A stretch of 64,000 bases of DNA from Mobula hypostoma (lineage: Eukaryota): NCBI RefSeq assembly GCF_963921235.1, contig NC_086118.1, positions 13,332,001 to 13,396,000 on the forward strand, written 5' to 3'. The notes beneath the pieces are model-generated. The model had not been told where the DNA came from. It did not search any database and saw only the letters and a program-made list of their open reading frames with translations. Position numbers and translations under genes: made by a program. Below, in pieces: positions 49,759 through 61,780 of this stretch (the first letter of the stretch is position 1; each line of letters begins with the position of its first letter).

Positions 49759-50672
49759 AAACATAGAAACACAGAAAACCCACAGCGCAATACAGGCCCC
49801 TCGGCCCACAGAGCTGAGTCGAACATGCCCTTACCTTAGAATTAACTAGGCTTCCCCATAGCCCTCTATTTTTCTAAGCTCCATCCAGGAGTCTCTTAAA
49901 AGACCCTATTGTTTCCGTCTCCACCACCGCTGCAGGCAGCCCATTCCACACACTCACAGCTCTCTGCGTAAAAAAACTTACTCCTGACATCTTCTCTGTA
50001 CCCACTTCCAAGCACCTTAAAAATATGCTGTCTTGTGCTAGCCATTTCAGCCCTGGGAAAAAGCTTCTGACTATCTACACAATCAATGCCTCTCATTATC
50101 TTGTACACCTCTATCAGTTCACCTCTCATCCTCCGTCGCTCCAAGGAGAGAAGGCCAAATTCACTCAATCTGTTTTCATTAGGCATGCTCCCCAATCCAG
50201 GCAACATCATTGTAAATCTCCTCTGCACCCTTTCTATGGCTTCCACATCCTTCCTGTAGTGAGGCGACCAGAACTGAGGACAGTACTCCAAGAGGGTCTG
50301 ACCAGAGTCCTATATAGCTGCAACTTTACCTCTTGGCTCCTAAATTCAATTCTATGATTGATGAAGGCCAATACACTGTATGCCTTCTTAACCACAGAGT
50401 CAACCTGCGTAGTAGCTTTGTGTGTCCTATGAACTCGAACCCCAAGATTCCTCTGATCCTCCACACTGCCAAGAGCCTTGCCATTAATGCTATAGTCTGC
50501 CTTCATATTTGACCTATCAAAATGAACCACCTCTCGGCCCGAAATGTCGACTGTACTTCTTCCTATAGATGCTGCCTGGCCTGTTGTGTTCACCAGCAAT
50601 TTTTATGTGTGTTGCACCTCACACTTATCTGGGTTGAACTCCATCTGCCACTTCTCAGCCCCGTTTTGCATC
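49759..50672 (-). mobile_element. CR1 3' fragment, same family as 27936-29965
   Basis: EYCPQFWSPHYRKDVEAIERVQRRFT..SLERRRMRGELIEVYKIM; AAACATAGAAAC tail. Confidence 0.87.
50534..50614 (+). mobile_element. 81-bp Penelope-type terminal fragment
   Basis: TCGGCCCGAAATGTCGACTG..GATGCTGCCTGGCCTG..GTGTGTTG flanked by the direct repeat CACCTC (50528-50533, 50615-50620). Confidence 0.8.
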
Positions 50673-52619
50673 AGGTGTCAGACATCATTTTACCTGATGG
50701 TAGCAGCAAGAAAAGAGCACGGCCTGGGTGGTGAGGTTCTTTGATGATGGGTGCTGCTTTTCTATGGCAACATTTCATGTAGATATGCTCAATGGTTGGG
50801 AGGGTTTTACCCATGATGTACTGCGCCAAATCCACTACCTTTTGTAAGATTTTCCTGTTTTATAAGATATTTGCAATTATTGGTTAGCTTACCTTCATAT
50901 TTCGTCTTTATCCCTCTTAATGTTTTTTTTAGTTACCTTCCGTTGTTTTTTTAAATTTCCTATTCCTCTAACTTCCAATTATTTTTTGGTCTATTATGTG
51001 CTCTCTCTTTTGCTTTATGTTGGTTTTGACTTCCCTTGTCAGCCATGGTTGTATCATCCTATGCTTAGAATACTTCCTCTTCTCTGGGATGTATCTATCC
51101 TGTACCTTCCCAATTATCCATGCTGAAGTCCCTTTCCAGTCAACGTTGGCCAGCTCCTCTTTCATGCCTCTGTAGTTGCCTTTACTCCCTGCAATACTGA
51201 TACATCTGACTTTAGCTTCTCCCTCTCAAACTGTGAATTCTATCATATTATGATCACTGTTACCTAAGGGTTCCATCACCATTCCATAACCATTACACAA
51301 CACTCAATTCAGAATTCCTGATCCCTTCTGGGCTCAACCACAAGCTGCTCCAAAAAGCATTCCACACATTTTGTCCCTTGGGATCCAATATATTTAATTT
51401 TCACCATCTATCTGCATATTGAAATCCCCCATGACTAACACAACATTACTTTATTGACATGCTTTTTCTCTCTCCTGCTGTAATTTGTAGACTACATTCT
51501 GGCTACTTTTTGGAGGCCTTTAAACGACTCCCATCAGGGTGTTCTTACCCTTGCTGTCTCTTAACCCTGCCCACAAGGATTCTACATCTTTCGATCCTAT
51601 CTCACCTCTTTCTAAAGATTTGATTTGATTTTTTAGCAGCAGAGCCTCTCCTCCTCTGTCTGCCTACCTGTCCTTTCAATTGATTGTGTATCCTTGGATA
51701 TTAAGCTCCCAACCACAATTGTTTTTCAGCCATACCCAGAAAATCATACCTGCCAATCTCTAAATACGCTATAAACTCATCTACATTATTTGATATACTG
51801 TGTGCATTCAAGTATAACACCTTCAGTTCTGTATTTGTCACCTTTCCAATTTTGTCCCCCTTTTACACTGCAACCCATCCCACTGACTGCAATTTTTCCC
51901 TAATATCTGCCTGTCTGGATCATCTATCATCTGTTGTATTAGACAAGGCACGGCTGAAACTAATAGAATTGACCTGTCAAGTACTGGAAGTTTTACTTGA
52001 GAAGCACAAGAATTATTTCTTTATTTAAATATCTACAACTCTATTTACAAAGCTGTCTATCATACTGGAATTTTCATTCACAAAAAATAACTTTTACTGT
52101 CATCCAAAAGAACCTGTTTTCACTTACTCAAGGTAAGAGTGCTTTGCTTCATTTGTTTCCTTAATCCTCAAATGCCCACAATAACAAACTACTATACACT
52201 TGCAGCACAGAAACTACCCCTATTCAGTAAGATTTTGATTTGAAATCATGTGTACCTAATTGCAAACATTATCTAGTTAATAATGGCCTCATGGAATGAT
52301 TCATGAAGAGCAAATCATCTGATTGAAGTTATCAGTTGTAATGTTTTCCTGGATTCTGATATGTTGCTCCTGTTGGTTTACACATCTACTCCTTCACTGA
52401 CTGAAAGAAATTGGTCAAATCACACAAAATACTGGAGGAACTCAGCAGGTCAGGCGGCATCTATGGAAGCGAATAAATTGGATGCGTGTGGCACCTTTAT
52501 CAATCCCTTCAAGAAGACAACTTCATAACCAATGAAGCTGATCAGAAATACTGAAATGTTGAAAAAAACTGAAGCCAACTTATAAGCTACAGACTATCAT
52601 AAACAGCTAGGCAATAATA

Positions 52620-52960
52620 ATTTCTCCCTCTCCTCTTCCTCTATTGCTCACTCTGACCTTTTATCTCCTCTCCTGTCTATCACCCACCCCCAGGTCCACT
52701 CCTCCTTCCCTTTCTCCTACAGCCCATTCTCCTCTCCTCTCAAAGTAATTCATTTCCAGCCTTTGATCTTTCCCACCCACCGAGTTTCATCTATCAGCTT
52801 CCAGCTAGCCTCCTTCCCCTCCCCCCATCTTTCTATTCCGGCATCTTCCTCCTTCCTTCTTAGTCCTGAAGAAGGGTCTCGGCCCGAAATGTCAAACAAT
52901 TTATTCATTTCCATTGATTCTGCTTGACCTGCTGAGATCGCCAGCATTTTATGTGTGTTG
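52620..52960 (+). mobile_element. Penelope-like pLTR relic
   Basis: Pyrimidine-rich tract followed by a hammerhead-like motif and the shared tail GACCTGCTGAG..CCAGCATTTT. Confidence 0.75.
52862..52897 (+). ncRNA. Degenerate minimal type I hammerhead ribozyme motif
   Basis: AGTC-CTGAAGA-A-GGGTCTCGGCCC-GAAA-TG-TC: CUGANGA and GAAA boxes, stem II and the UH site are present; the stem I 3' arm and the CG palindrome are mutated. Confidence 0.65.
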
Positions 52961-54406
52961 CCAATAGTATTTTTATGTTGCTGGATAACTGCGCCATTAA
53001 GGTAAGCAGCTTTCATTGGAGGGTATGAATCTAATTGCTTGTTGAGTATCCCTTGTGCATTCACTCTTTTCTTTTGCAGTTGTAAATTCATAGATTTACT
53101 AAAGGCTTTAGATGGCTTAGTTCGGTATGCCGTCAACGCTTGTTTCCCTTCCTGCTTTACATTCACCTTGCCGTGTCAACCTCTAAGAGCAATTGCTCAA
53201 CGACTGTCGATGCCTTGACCTCAAATCAAATTCCTGACACGGCATTTCTTGTACTCCTTACAAACCTCAAACACCACCTTACTCAAACCAGTAAAATGCA
53301 GAAATAATCAGCGGGTAATCTTCACAAGAAATTGCTGAATTCTTTTACATAAAACCAAACTGAAGGAGAAAAGGTTTCTCCCTGTTGCCAGATTCTACGT
53401 ACTGAACACTTGTCATTAGTTGCCCTGTCCCTCACATTTCTGGCAGGAGGGAGCAAAGTTGTGGATCGACTTCCTTCCCAATGCAGTCTTTGCATGGCTC
53501 AAACTGCAAAGTGTACCTGAAATGGACTCCAAATTGGCAACAAAATAACACCTGAGGAGAATACCTAATGAAAGCAACACAGCATGAGTCACAACTGAAG
53601 AATTCTGAATCATGGTCTCTCTAGAGAAACTGAGATTTGCTCTGATATTTATGGGATAGAGTGTGAATTGCAGCTTACTCTTCTGCAAAAAACATGTAGA
53701 AATATAATATTTCAAACTCTAGGGTGTCACTTGGCAACTTAAGTTGAACATGCGTTGCCTTGATAAATGGTAATTTCATCCAAAGATAAATGAAAAAAGT
53801 TAATGAGAACTAACCCAACTGACAAAGTCCAGTGCATCTTAACTCAGACACTCAGTGTAATTCCAGAAGGTACTTCTTCAGTTTAGTGCCCAGAACTATG
53901 TTCTAAGTTCTGCAAGTACTCAAAACTTATAGGTCGAGGCCCCTTGCAACATCTATTCAGTCATGCTCCCTCTCGTTCACAATAGTGTAATGATATGGAG
54001 GTGACTTGGGAAATACAGGCTTATTGTTCTAAAATTGCGGCAATTCTTTTTAGTTAAAAAAAAAGACAAGCCAAAATCAAGGGGGAATGTGTTTAAAATG
54101 CTTAATTCTGAAAACAAAAGATTGCAGTGCTTTGGGGAATGAATGATGATGCACAGCTCATTGGCAACTCTTTCAGATGAACACTGGCTCTGATTATCCT
54201 GGCACATTGGTTCTTCGGAGAACCTTTGCTGAACTGTCTTAATGACAGAGTTCAACGGGGTTTGATTACGCTTCTGTGCAATGTCTTCAGATCTTCTAAA
54301 TACAAGCAATTATTGGTCTATGATTCTAAGTTACTTATTCAATGTATTTTTTGAAGCTGTTTTGATTATTGTACCCTTCAGATGATTTAAATTCCTTATC
54401 AATGTA

Positions 54407-56400
54407 ATAGAGTCATAGAAAAGTACAACACAGAAACAGTCCCTTTGGTCTATCTAGTCAGTGCCAAACCCTTTAACTTGCTTACTCCCATCAACCTGCA
54501 CTGGCACCATAGCCCTCCATACCCCGGCCACCCATGTATCTATCAAAACTTCTCTTAAACATTGAAATCAAGCTCCCACTTGTGCTGGCAGCTTGTTCCA
54601 CATTCTCATGACCCTCTGAGTGAAGAAATTTCCCCTCATGTTCCCCTTAAACTTCTCACCTTTTGCCCTTGACCCATGAGATCCAGTTGGAGTCCCATCC
54701 AAACTCAGTGGGAAAAAGTCTGCCTGCATTTACCTTATCTATACCCCTCATAATTTTGTTTACCCTATCAAATCTTCTCTTAATCTTTTATGTTCCAAAG
54801 AATAAAGCCCTAACCTATTCAATCTTTCCCTATAACTTTGGTCCTCCAGTCCCTGCAACATCCTTGTAAATTTTCTCCGCACTCTTATTTACATCTTCTT
54901 GTAGGTGACCAACAGCACACAATACTCCAACTTGGACCTCACCAATGTCTTATACAACTTTAAGATAACATCCCATCTCCTGTACTTAATACTCTCATTT
55001 ATGAAGGCCAATGTGCCAAGAGATTTCTTTAAAGCCCTATCTACCTGTGCCATCACTCTTATTGAATTATGAACCTGTATTCCCAAATCTCCTTGTTCTA
55101 CTGCACTCCTCAGTGCCCTGCTGTTCACCATGTAACACCTATCCTGTTTGGTTCTCCAAAGTGCAACACCTCGCACTTGTCCACATTAAGTTCCATCTGC
55201 CAATCTTAGTGTCATCTGCAAACTTGCTGATCCACTTAACCACATTATCATCCAGTTCATTGATATAGATGATGAACAACAACAGATCCAGCATCATTCT
55301 CTGTGGCCATAGGCCTTCTGTCAGAGAGCACCATCTCATACTTCTCTCTAGCTTCTCCTATAAAGCCAATGTCTAATCCAACTTACTACCTCATCTTGAA
55401 TGCCAAGTGACTGAACCTCCCATGTGGGACCTTGTCAAATGCCTTGATAAAATCCATGTAGACAACATCCAGTTCCTTGCCTTCATCAACTTTCATAGTC
55501 ACTTCCTTGAAAAACTCTGTAAGATTGGTTAGACATGACCTACCATGCACAAAGCCATGATGACTATCCATAATCAGTCCATGTCTATTCAAATATGTGT
55601 ATATCTAGTCCATTTGAATACCTTCCAATAACTTTCCCAATACTGATGTCAGGCTTACAGATCTATAGTTTCCTGGTTTATTTTTAGAGCCTTTCTTAAA
55701 CAGTAGAACAACATCAGCTATCCTCCAGTCCTCTGGTACCTCACCTGTCACTAGGGGTGGTTTAAATATCTCTACTGTACCCCTACAATTTATGCACTTG
55801 CCTCCCACAAGGTCTAAGGGAACACCTTGTTAGGCCCTGGGAATTTATCCACCCTAATTTGCCTCAATTTACCGAACACCTCCTTCTCTGTAATTTGTAT
55901 AGGGTTCAAACTCTCTCTGCTGCTTTGCCTCACTTTTATAGACATTGTGTATGTATCCTGAGTAAATATAGATGCAAAGAATCCAATTAAGATCTCATGC
56001 CTTCTTTTTGCCCTCCTGATTTCTTCCTTAAGTGTTTTTTTTTTCATTTCTTATACTCCATAGCATATTTGTTCCTACATGCCTATACCTGCTATGCACC
56101 TTCTTTTTTTAAACCAGTGCCTCAATATCTCTTGAAAACCAAGGTTCCCTAAACCTGTTATTTTTACCTTTTATTCTGTCAAGCACACTCAAACTTTATA
56201 CTTCCAAAATTTCATTTCTGAAGTCCTCCCACTTACCAAGTATACCTTTACCATAAAAAACCTGCTCCAATCCACTCTTGCCAGATCCTTTCTGGCATAA
56301 TCCCATCAAAATAGGCTTTTCTCCAATTTAGAATCTCAACCTACAGATCGGACCTATCTTTTTCCATATTTGCTGTACTTTGAATCTGATGGCATTATTT
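54407..56400 (-). mobile_element. CR1 LINE, degenerate
   Basis: HGFVHGRSCLTNL, DVVYMDFIKAFDKVPH, ISKFADDTKIG, EDWRIADVV..PGNYRSVSLTS, LYKTLVRSKLEYC. Confidence 0.88.
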
Positions 56401-57699
56401 TTCTCTTCATTCCTCAGTTCATCAGATATGTGATTATGTGCAAAATAGACCTGGTACAACTTGGACCATTCCTACCTCATGGATAGGCTTCCCCTGAAAG
56501 TCCAGGAGCTTCTGAAAGGTAGTCTTGGTGCAACTGGAGGGTTAGCATTGTTAGAAAACCTTTTGTGCAGCTCTCCACTCTGCCTTGGTTCATCTATAGG
56601 CCACGGAGCTTGGGATCTATCCAAAAACATGTTGGCAGTGGAATTTGATTCTTATTGAACTCAGGCCCCTTTTCGGGTTTCAAAGAATGTTGAAGACTTA
56701 ACAGGACATGAATGCTTATTAAGTACTTCTTCGTCCACCACTCCAACATTTTAAGCCTCTCCAGACAACCCACTGAGATTTCATTCACACTTCTCTTTCT
56801 ATTCTTTGGATGTAATTTTTATCAATGTAATATATCCGCCCTACATCCTATTTCAAATTGACCTGAGCATGGAAAACAAAATAATTTCCCTCCTTACAAT
56901 CACAGCATCACCTCTCGAGATAAATGGAAGAAAATAATGAGAACTGGCAGCTCTGACAGAATCCACAGCATTGAAACTCGAGTACCGCATATAATAATTG
57001 TCTGGATAACAGTGTGAGCCAACAGCCTTTAATTGCTTAATCTTGGTTGCAGGAGTACACCAATGATGGAATGATTCAAAAACCTACAACTGGTTTGTTT
57101 TTAAAGGAATGCATGTTCATATCTCACATGAGATTTTGTTTTTTTATGATATTTGGACTTAATATATTTGATGCCAGAACCAAGAACTTCCTGATGTTTA
57201 ATCATTTTGAAAGAACTAATGTTATTGTTGTCTATATTGTACTTTACAGCATTCAGTTCTTTTGTTCTATGCTGAGGGAAAAGCAAATGAGATGTCACTG
57301 AGGTGGACACAACATTACCTCCCCTGAAGAATACACTTCAGGAAGATACACTTGCGGGGAGAAAATTAACTGACAGGCACTAGATGAGGTGTTGCTATGA
57401 ATGGTTTAATATCTCTCATGGGAGAATAAGCAATTCCATATCACTGCAATATAGCATAGAACATTTGTAATCAGGCAATGCTCTTGAACACCATGTTAAA
57501 TTTTTCTGCAAAATTCCTCATCCTTGATAGACAGATGGTGAGATGCATTTCTCCGCTTAGTCAAGCAACAACAATGGTTGGTTCAAGAACTGTTGGCAAA
57601 ATTCTAGTACTATCTCGTGCAATTTGCCCACTGTCCATCACTCACATACATACATCATGAGTAATGTTATGGAAGCAAGCTTTATTATTGAATCAATCA

Positions 57700-57990
57700 C
57701 GAGTGTTCTGGAGCATTGAACAAGGGAGATGGAATTGAGTCTCGAGGTGGCAGCTGGGGGAATTTAAATATGAGTGATTAATTAAATTGGAAATATAATA
57801 AAAAAACTAGTCTCAGTAATAATCCTGAAACTAGCAGACTGTCATTAAACCCCAGCTGGTTTTGAATGTCCTTCACAGAATAAAATCTGCCACCATTATC
57901 TTGGCCCACACTTAGCTGCCTCCTCAATTCAGGGGGAATCAGGATTGAACAATAAATGTCAGCATAGCCACAGACTGCTAGTGAATAAAT
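57700..57990 (+). mobile_element. Old SINE-like repeat
   Basis: GGCAGCTGGGGGAATTTAAAT..CTGGTTTTGAATGTCCTTC..ACAATAAATG resembles a common chondrichthyan SINE; family not certain. Confidence 0.45.
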
Positions 57991-58684
57991 TTAAAAAAAG
58001 CCTAACATTTACCTTTACTTTCCTGGTTGAGTTTGCCTAACTTAACACATAGCAAGCAATAACCATGGCATTATTTTGATCCCCAACTTTCGATAATAAG
58101 CTTGTAGTGCATGTATCTACTCGAGATTGTTTTCTGCAATCTTGATAAAAAAAACATTACTGATTGGCATTTTATGAGGCATCTCTGCAGACAATCAATT
58201 TTAAAGTAGGATTTGTAATGTTATAATTTCCATTGAAGTGCAGCGAGGATTAATCTATTGCAGTTCTGCAGTTGTGTATCAGAGCAATGTGAGTGAGATT
58301 GGTCCCAAGTTGAGAAGAATCACAAATGTTTGGTTGTCAAGTGAATCATTTTTTTTTTCCAAGCAAGATGGTTTTCTGATTTTTATAGTGCTATCTGTCA
58401 AATTAATGTAGATTTTTATTGTTGCTGAATGAACCAAAAGACAAAATTTTGATGAAAACTCTCACTTAAAAAGAGAGCAAGTAGTTTCACAGAATATTCT
58501 GGACCTGATACTTAGAACTGAGCATTTGATGAGAATGGGGAATTCAGTGGTTGTGTTTCTTCTCCAAAACTTCCTGAGAGGCAAGTATTAAAACTTTGCC
58601 ACCGGTTTAAAACTTAATTGGTATTAACATGTTAAGAACTAAAAAGTGTTAAGTAAACCATAAGTTATATAATGCAGACCAACA

Positions 58685-59100
58685 ATATAGAACATATAGA
58701 TCAGAACAGCACAGGAAGAGCCCTATAGACAGAATATCTGTGCAGAACATAATGCTGAATTAAACAGTCTCTTCTGCTTGCACAAAATCTATATCATGTC
58801 ATTTCCTGCATATCCATCTGTCCACCAAACAGCCACTTAAATACTATTATCATATCTGCTTCCACCAATCCCTCCAGCAGCCTATTACTATCTACCCCAT
58901 CAGTGCCTCTCATAAATTTATAAACTTCTACTAGGTCTCCCTTCAACCTTTGGCACCCCAGAGAAAACAATCAAAGTTTGTCCGACCTCTCTTTATAGCT
59001 AATATAGGCTAATCCTGATAAACCTCTTCTGTACCCTTTCCAAAGCCTCCAGATCCTTCCTGTAATGAGTTGATCAGAATTACATACAATGCTCCAAATG
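58685..59100 (-). mobile_element. CR1 3' fragment
   Basis: Similar to 49759-50300. Confidence 0.7.
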
Positions 59101-59118
59101 TTTAAATAATTCATTAAG

Positions 59119-60535
59119 TGTTACGTATGTAAAAATATACATGAATGGCACATGTCATCACGCCACCACACCATACGTGCTCATCTTACTAAAAGTAAAA
59201 ATGAAACTAAGACGCATTTTCCTGGGCTTCCGTCTTTTTGCTATCAATTACCTGTAGTTTTATGTTTTGGAATTAGAAAACATAACAGTGGAGATGAGGT
59301 ATTTTTAAAACAAACCCAAGATGAGTACCTCCCTGCTGACCTGCTGAAGTGCAGCAAGCTATTTGAGTTAAGAAAAAGCAAAAAAGGGAATGCAACTGGT
59401 GTCTCTTTGGAAGGGAGGGAGGGGGAGGGAGGGAGGGAGGGAGAAAGAGAGAGACAGAGATGGTCGAGTTAAAAAAGAGCAGAAAACAGACAAATTTTCG
59501 GGTCCATAAATAGTGAGTACAGGGTTATTATATTCATAACTTGTAAAATGGCAGAAATGGCTGACAACATCAGAGAGATAGACATGTTTGATTGCACAAA
59601 TGATAACTGGATATTGTATAGTGAGCTAACTGAGCAGTATTTTGAAGCAACTGAAAAAGCCAAAGAAAAGTGAGTATATGGGAGTGCTTGTGCTGGATTC
59701 CCTAAAGGTTAATTTGCAGGTTCAATCAGTGGCAAGGAAGGCAAATGCGATGTTAGTTATCATTCATTTCAGGAGGACTGGAATATCAAAGCAAAGATGG
59801 AATGTAGAGACTTTGTAAAGCACTGGTGAGCCATCACTTAGAGTATTGTGAGCAGTTTTGGACCCTTTATCTTAGAAGAATGTACTGACACTGGAGAAGA
59901 TTCAAAAGAGGTTCACAAAATGATTCCAGGATTGAATGACTTGTCATTTGAAGAGTGTATGTGCCTGTATTCACTAACATTCAGAAGAATGAGAGGTAAC
60001 CTCATTGAAAGCTATCGAATGTTGAAAGCCCTCAATAGAGGGGATCTGGAGAGATTGTTTCCTACAATGAGCGAGTCTAGAACCAGATGACACAGCCTCA
60101 GACTAGAGGGGTGTCCTTTTAGAATGCAGATGAGGAGGAATTTCTTTAGCCAGAGAGTGGGGAATCTGTGGAATTCGTTCCTGTGGAGGCCAAGACTTTA
60201 CCTTTTTTTAAGGCAGAGTTTAATAATTTCTTGATTTATTAGGGCATGAAGGGATACAGGGGAGAAAGCAAGAAATTGGGGTTGAGGGGGAAAATGGATC
60301 AGCTGTGATGAACTGGCAGACCAGACTCAAAGGTGCAAATGGCCTAATGTTGCTCCTATATCTTATTGTCTTATGGTCTTATATGTAAAATTACATGAAT
60401 AGCACACATCATCGGACCACCACGTCATACGTGCGTGTTTCGCTAAATGTAAAAATGAAACTAAGAAACGTTCTCCTGGGCTCCCATATTTTTGCTTTCA
60501 ATTCGTTTTATGTTTTGGAGTTACAAAACATAACA
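59119..60535 (+). mobile_element. Collapsed Gypsy relic: short LTR, PBS, gag start, CR1 insert, second LTR
   Basis: LTR 59119-59287 (TGTTA..TAACA) is repeated at about 60383-60535. GTGGAGATGAGG (TGGCGACGAGG-type PBS) at 59288; gag-like MADNIREIDMFDCTNDNWILYSELTEQYFEA from about 59558. Confidence 0.75.
59680..60382 (+). mobile_element. CR1 3' fragment
   Basis: LYSLTFRRMRGNLIESYRML; (TCTTATGG)n-type tail at 60360-60382. Confidence 0.85.
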
Positions 60536-60589
60536 GGCCATAGCTGTGTCTACCTGTTCACCGGTATGTGGAACATTCCATGTTCCAAG

Positions 60590-60860
60590 CCTACACTAGC
60601 AGCCCTTTACCTTTTCCATCTATTACCTCCCTGCTTCTTACTTTATCTCCCTCTCCCCACCCATCCACTTTCCTCCTTACCTGGTTCCACCAATCATCTG
60701 CCAGCTTGTACTCCTTCCCCTTCCCCCACCTTCTTATTCTGGCTTTTTCCCCCTTCTGTTCCAGTCCTGAAGAAGGGTCTCGGCCTAAAATGTTGACTGC
60801 TTATTCCCTTCCATAGATGCTGCATGATTAGCTAAGGTCCTTCAGCATCTTGTGTGCGGT
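60590..60860 (+). mobile_element. Penelope-like pLTR relic with a degenerate hammerhead motif at 60762-60799
   Basis: CAGTC-CTGAAGA-AGGGTCTCGGCCT-AAAA-TGTT-GACTG; stem I intact, GAAA box mutated. Confidence 0.72.
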
Positions 60861-61119
60861 GATGAAAAAAGTACCTTACTGTCATGCCAACGTTTGTGAT
60901 GTACAAGTGTCTAGCAAGGGGCAAGTGAATTAAGAATACGCAACAAGGCCTTGTGTAAGGAAGGTTGGCTCTGATTGAGGAGGTAGCATTAAGACTGATA
61001 GGTGTAGCATCTTGGATGTGATTGATGGAGCTTTTGACATTTGACCAAAAACCCACTTGAGAGATTGCTGAGAAACACCCCAAGGCATAGTAGAAAGTAG
61101 GATCTAAATTGACTCTGTA

Positions 61120-61780
61120 GACCAAAGCAATGTGTATTGGAAGCTGAATGAGTGTTCTGGTGGTACATAGTACTAGGACCCTTGCTTTTACAGTATCTTT
61201 TAATGACTTTGACTTAATGGTAGGGAGTGTATAAGAGGAGCAGGAGCTTAGGGTGCAGGTTTACATAACCTTAAAGTCGGCAAGACTGATGAAAGATGAT
61301 TATGGGGACAATTAGAGTATAGCCAAGGCATAGAGGCAAAGAGCAAGGAGGTCACCTGTAACTGTATAAAACTAGTTTGGACACAGTTAGAAACTTAAGA
61401 ATATTAAGAATGTTAAGAACTTCAGGAATATTTTTATACTTTTGAGGAGAATCAAATGCAGGAAACTATTTCTGTTGGTTGAACAAACAAAGACCAAAGG
61501 ACTGGACTTCAAAAAACAGGGCCAGACTTCTCACTAGTGAAATTAGTGGACATTCTAAGATGCAAATGGCAATAGAGGGTCAAACTGTTCTTTCACAAAG
61601 TATAATTTATGCTAAGCAAATTATTGTCTTTATGTCAGAGAACCACAGATACTTGTTAAGCTTGGGTATTGGGAGACAGGATGGGAAATCAGATGTACTG
61701 TTAGGTTACAGAACAACAATGATCTGAATAGCAGAAAAAGATTAATAGAAAAAGTGGCTTTCTGCTGTTCTTATGTTTTA
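61120..61780 (+). mobile_element. Very old CR1 fragment
   Basis: Remnants such as GTACTAGGACCCTTGCTTT and CTGTATAAAACTAGTTTGGACACAGTTAGA. Confidence 0.5.

Larger units (their letters stand above)
49452..50857 (-). mobile_element. Rex1/L2-type 3' fragment inside CR1, itself split by a CR1
   Basis: Family tail at 49452; TACCTTCTAC (49749-49758) continues as CTGATGGTAGC at about 50694. Confidence 0.75.
47134..51915 (-). mobile_element. Long CR1 LINE (endonuclease to 3' UTR) with nested insertions
   Basis: KLNKYFAS, LKVDKPPGTDGLHTTVLKEV..PEDWK, MKEELANVDW, QPWLTREVK, RPHLDYREQF; many stops. Confidence 0.85.

Noticed and set aside
53977..54309. 110-aa minus ORF / possible exon (RSEDIAQKRNQ..)
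   Set aside because: No recognisable homology and no clear donor site.
56476..56790. Minus-strand exon-like segment ending at GTAGG
   Set aside because: Weak acceptor and an in-frame stop just upstream; could be decayed repeat.
61394..61430. TTAAGAAT(A/G) 9-bp tandem
   Set aside because: Ordinary slippage repeat inside an old CR1.
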